Positions 60,886-64,000 of a DNA stretch of 64,000 nt are shown here, piece after piece. The translations under genes and the position numbers were made by a program. The stretch is from assembly GCA_963675595.2 (NCBI GenBank), contig CAXXLZ010000002.1:576001-640000 (forward strand), in the 5' to 3' direction. Numbering within the stretch: position 1 is the stretch's first letter; every line of letters starts with the position of its first letter. The DNA comes from Thermodesulfobacteriota bacterium. GTDB taxonomy: Bacteria; Desulfobacterota; Desulfarculia; JACQYL01. The notes beneath the pieces are model-generated. The model did no database searches and was not told where the DNA came from. It was given only the letters and a program-made list of their open reading frames with translations.

Positions 60886-62898
60886 ATGGAACAAGCCCCA
60901 AGAAGGTGTTCCGTGCATCGCAGTCGGATTCTTGAACTCAGCCTCACGGAAGTCGCCGGTCTCGTGCTGGTGCTGTTCGGTCTCTACCTCACAAGCCTCT
61001 ACAGCTTTCATCTGTTTCATACCTCGGTGGAACTGTTCAGCATTGTGGTGGCTGCCGGTATCTTCATCGTGGCTTGGAACACGAGGAGAATCAGTTCCAA
61101 CCCCTACATTCTGTTCATCGGCGTCGCCTATCTTTTCGTAGGCCTCCTGGACCTGCTGCATACCACCACCTACACAGGCATGGGGGTTTTCAAAAGGTTG
61201 GGTTCCGACCCACCTATCCAGTTCTGGATCGCGGCCCGTTACTTGGAATCCTTATCTCTGCTCGCGGCCCTGCCTCTTTCAAGGCGCAATTTCTCCGCAG
61301 TGCGCCTGCTCGCGGCTTTCTTCACCGTCACGGCCCTGACCACCGCCGCAATTTTCGGAAACGTCTTCCCCTCCTGTTATGAAGACGGCTTGGGAGTAAC
61401 CCGGTTCAAAACAGTAAGCGAATACCTGATCACCGTCATCCTTCTGATGACCATGGCTCTGACCTGGAAAAACCGGGAAAGCTTCCACACTCCGGTATTC
61501 CGCTGCATGATACTTGCCATGCTTACCACGGCCGCGGCTGAGCTATCCTTCTCCAATTACGTCGGCTTATTCGGCTTTTTCAATAAATTCGGCCACTATA
61601 TGAAGGTTCTATCATTTTATTACATCTACAAGGCCACGATCCAATCCAGCCTCCAAAATCCCTATGAAGTACTCTTTGCCGACCTGAGGCGAAACCAGGA
61701 GGAACTCGCCCGCGCCAAACAGATCGCCGAAAACGCCGACAAGTCCAAGAGCGACTTCATCGCACATACCAGCCACGAGGTACGTACTCCATTAAACGCG
61801 ATCAGCGGTCTCCTGCAATTGCTTCAGGACACCCCGCTGACGCGGCAGCAGCGAGAGTACGTGCGCTTGGCCTCGGCTTCGTCCGCCAGTTTAATCCTTA
61901 TCTTGAACGATATCCTCGATATTTCCCGCGTTGAAGCGGGTAAACTGGAAATCAACGAAGCCCCCTTCTCTTTCGAGGCCGCCGTTGAGCACGTGCTCTC
62001 CATGTTTCGTTTTCAGGCCGAGGCCGGCGGCATTCGAATCGTCTACTCGGCTCAATCCCCCATTCCGGATCGACTGGTGGGAGACGTCGAACGGTTGAAG
62101 CAAGTGCTGGCAAACCTGGTGGGTAATGCGGTCAAGTTCACGGAAAGAGGCAGGGTGGAAATACACGCCAAGGTCCAAAGCCTGAACGAAAACCCCGGCG
62201 AAGCGCTCCTGCGATTCTCCGTGACGGACAGCGGACCTGGAATCCCCGCCAACAGACTGGAGGCGATCTTTGAACCTTTTACCCAACTGGGGGGGCCTTT
62301 ATCTAAGAAAAAGAAAGGCGCAGGACTCGGCTTGGCCATCGTTAAACGTCTCACTAGTGCCATGGGGGGTGATATCAAAGTGGAAAGCCGACTTGGCATG
62401 GGAACAACCTTTCGAGTGGAGCTTCCTTTGATTTTACCGAAGGGTGAAGAGGCTCCACAACCCTCTCGTGAACCGACTATCGAGGCATCGATTGAAGTCC
62501 CCCCGCTGAATATCCTCGTAGCGGAGGACGACTCCGTGAACCGTTTGGTGCTCACCCGAATGCTGGAAAACGCCGGCCACACGGTAACCGCCGTGGAGGA
62601 CGGACGCGACGTGATGGAGGCTCTTGAAAAGGAGCCCTTCGATGTGCTCTTTCTCGATATCGAGATGGAAGAAATGGGCGGCATCGAAACAACGCGGATC
62701 GTCCGGGCATCGTCCAGAGAGGACTTGAGACAGGTCCGTATCGTGGCCTTAACGGGACATTCCATGGAAGGGGATCGGGAACGCTTCCTGGCGGAGGGCA
62801 TGGATGACTATGCCGCCAAGCCCATAGGCAAGGAGGAACTGGCTCGTGTCCTGGCAAGAGTGGTTGCGGATGAGTCCACCGGGGACTCTCGCGAGTAA
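60886..62898 (+). CDS. MASE3-like membrane hybrid histidine kinase with REC
   Basis: FHTSVELFSIVVA, DLLHT, QFWIAARY, SHEVRTPL, NLVGNAVKFT, VAEDD..LDIEM; start may be GTG 60913. Confidence 0.92.
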   Translation: MEQAPRRCSVHRSRILELSLTEVAGLVLVLFGLYLTSLYSFHLFHTSVELFSIVVAAGIFIVAWNTRRISSNPYILFIGVAYLFVGLLDLLHTTTYTGMGVFKRLGSDPPIQFWIAARYLESLSLLAALPLSRRNFSAVRLLAAFFTVTALTTAAIFGNVFPSCYEDGLGVTRFKTVSEYLITVILLMTMALTWKNRESFHTPVFRCMILAMLTTAAAELSFSNYVGLFGFFNKFGHYMKVLSFYYIYKATIQSSLQNPYEVLFADLRRNQEELARAKQIAENADKSKSDFIAHTSHEVRTPLNAISGLLQLLQDTPLTRQQREYVRLASASSASLILILNDILDISRVEAGKLEINEAPFSFEAAVEHVLSMFRFQAEAGGIRIVYSAQSPIPDRLVGDVERLKQVLANLVGNAVKFTERGRVEIHAKVQSLNENPGEALLRFSVTDSGPGIPANRLEAIFEPFTQLGGPLSKKKKGAGLGLAIVKRLTSAMGGDIKVESRLGMGTTFRVELPLILPKGEEAPQPSREPTIEASIEVPPLNILVAEDDSVNRLVLTRMLENAGHTVTAVEDGRDVMEALEKEPFDVLFLDIEMEEMGGIETTRIVRASSREDLRQVRIVALTGHSMEGDRERFLAEGMDDYAAKPIGKEELARVLARVVADESTGDSRE

Positions 62899-63182
62899 CC
62901 TTCCAACCGTGGAGAGGTCCGGCGAGACTTCCAACCGCTCCCCCCGGCGGTCGGCTCAAATCATCTCGAAGCCGGTCTCCCGACATATTTCCTCAGTTAC
63001 TTCGTGTATCCCTTCGGAGGTCGTCGACGCCGAGATGTGATTCTTCCGCCCTTCCAACCAAGCTCCCCGCCTTCTCTGTCGGAATCCGGCGACGACGGGG
63101 CGTTGAACGACCGCAAAAGTAGGCGAATCCCATGGTAAGTCCGGAATATGGGCGCTCCCGCGAGAGGAGAGAGTTTTCTTTC

Positions 63183-63213
63183 TTGACACCCAACATTGTA
63201 TACATTATACAAT
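63183..63213 (+). promoter_or_regulatory. Promoter -35 and overlapping GntR-type operator
   Basis: TTGACA at 63183; palindrome ATTGTATA-CAT-TATACAAT (63195-63213). Confidence 0.7.
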
Positions 63214-63259
63214 TTGACCGTCAACGTTCCACCACTGCCCCCCCGCATAGGAGACCGCA

Positions 63260-63946
63260 TTGAACCGAATCGACGTTCGCGTTCTTCATCAAGACGTTGC
63301 GGGCAAATTGCGGGATATGATCCGAAAAGGCGAACTGGTCCGGGGCCAACGAGTCATCGAAGCCGATATTTGCGCCCGGATCGGAGTCAGCCGCACTCCC
63401 CTGCGTGAAGCCCTACGAGTCCTCGAGACGGAAGGATTGGTGGAGCTTATTCCCCACAAAGGCGTGCACATCCGCCAGCCCTCCATGAGGGAAATCCAAG
63501 AAATGTTCGAAGTCATGGGTGTACTGGAGGGGACTTGCGCCCGACTGACGGCTCGGGAACCGACCGATTCCGGCTTGCGCAGGCTCGAGCGTCTCCACGG
63601 GAAGTTGGAAACGCATTATGCCGAAGGCAACCGAGATAAATATATCGCGGCCAATCACGAGTTTCATACCCTGGTTCAGGAACTGGCGGGTAACCTCGTG
63701 CTGGACGACATCTTACGCAGGCTGCGGGCGAAGGTCGCCCTTTACAGACACCAGCAAATCTATGAGGCCGGGCGTTTCGACTGTTCCATCCAAGAGCATC
63801 GAGAAATCCTGGAGGCGTTTCGCCGTCGCGATCCCGATGCAGCGGAAGCATGCATGAAACGCCATCTCGACATGCAGTGCAAGGCCCTGGTTCATCTTTA
63901 TGAAAGGCGTGACGAGGAAGGGGAACCAAGCGGTTCTCAACCCTGA
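63260..63946 (+). CDS. GntR/FadR-family regulator (FCD domain)
   Basis: IGVSRTPLREAL HTH; NHEFH, EHREIL; RBS AGGAG. Confidence 0.94.
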   Translation: MNRIDVRVLHQDVAGKLRDMIRKGELVRGQRVIEADICARIGVSRTPLREALRVLETEGLVELIPHKGVHIRQPSMREIQEMFEVMGVLEGTCARLTAREPTDSGLRRLERLHGKLETHYAEGNRDKYIAANHEFHTLVQELAGNLVLDDILRRLRAKVALYRHQQIYEAGRFDCSIQEHREILEAFRRRDPDAAEACMKRHLDMQCKALVHLYERRDEEGEPSGSQP

Positions 63947-64000
63947 AGAGCCCCCCCGGGGGATTCCATTTAGCCCGAAGGAGATGAGAGAATGGAGCCG

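Noticed and set aside
62900-63059. CTTCCAACC three times and short minus-strand ORFs
   Set aside because: Too short and irregular; no RBS or recognisable product.
56922-64000. Genomic island integrated at tRNA-Leu
   Set aside because: No integrase, no duplicated tRNA 3' end and no marked composition shift in the window.

Overview
GC-rich chromosomal window whose gene content (IcmF, LPS/Lpt genes, rpoN-PTS operon, many PAS/GAF kinases) suggests a Gram-negative anaerobe such as a Desulfobacterota/deltaproteobacterium (inference). Left to right: icmF (partial) and a TetR regulator; glnK-amtB; a 1403-aa repeat-rich exported protein beside lgt; fbp, tsaD and rsmA. An AT-richer accessory patch (~15.1-19.7 kb) holds an uncalled 55-aa gene, an IS21 stub, an IS1182-like element that splits a SAM methyltransferase, and several RAYT-like remnants. 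Next come a hybrid kinase, an IS186/IS421-like IS4 element inserted into a dispersed repeat, PilZ and YdhR-like genes, an RsbU/V/W-type module, a sphingomyelinase-like phosphoesterase, M1 peptidase plus ChaN, larE and a CBS-ACT protein. The core block is pyrG-kdsA-kdsC-lptCAB-rpoN-hpf-ptsN-rapZ-PTS IIA/B/C-rimI, then a giant barrel-less PPDK-like dikinase paired with a divergent GAPDH, gap-pgk-tpiA-secG-tRNA-Leu, two sensor kinases and a GntR regulator. The best candidates for something undescribed are the dikinase/divergent-GAPDH pair, the repeat-bounded methyltransferase 'cassette' and the 55-aa protein. All family assignments come from motif recognition by eye; no searches were run.
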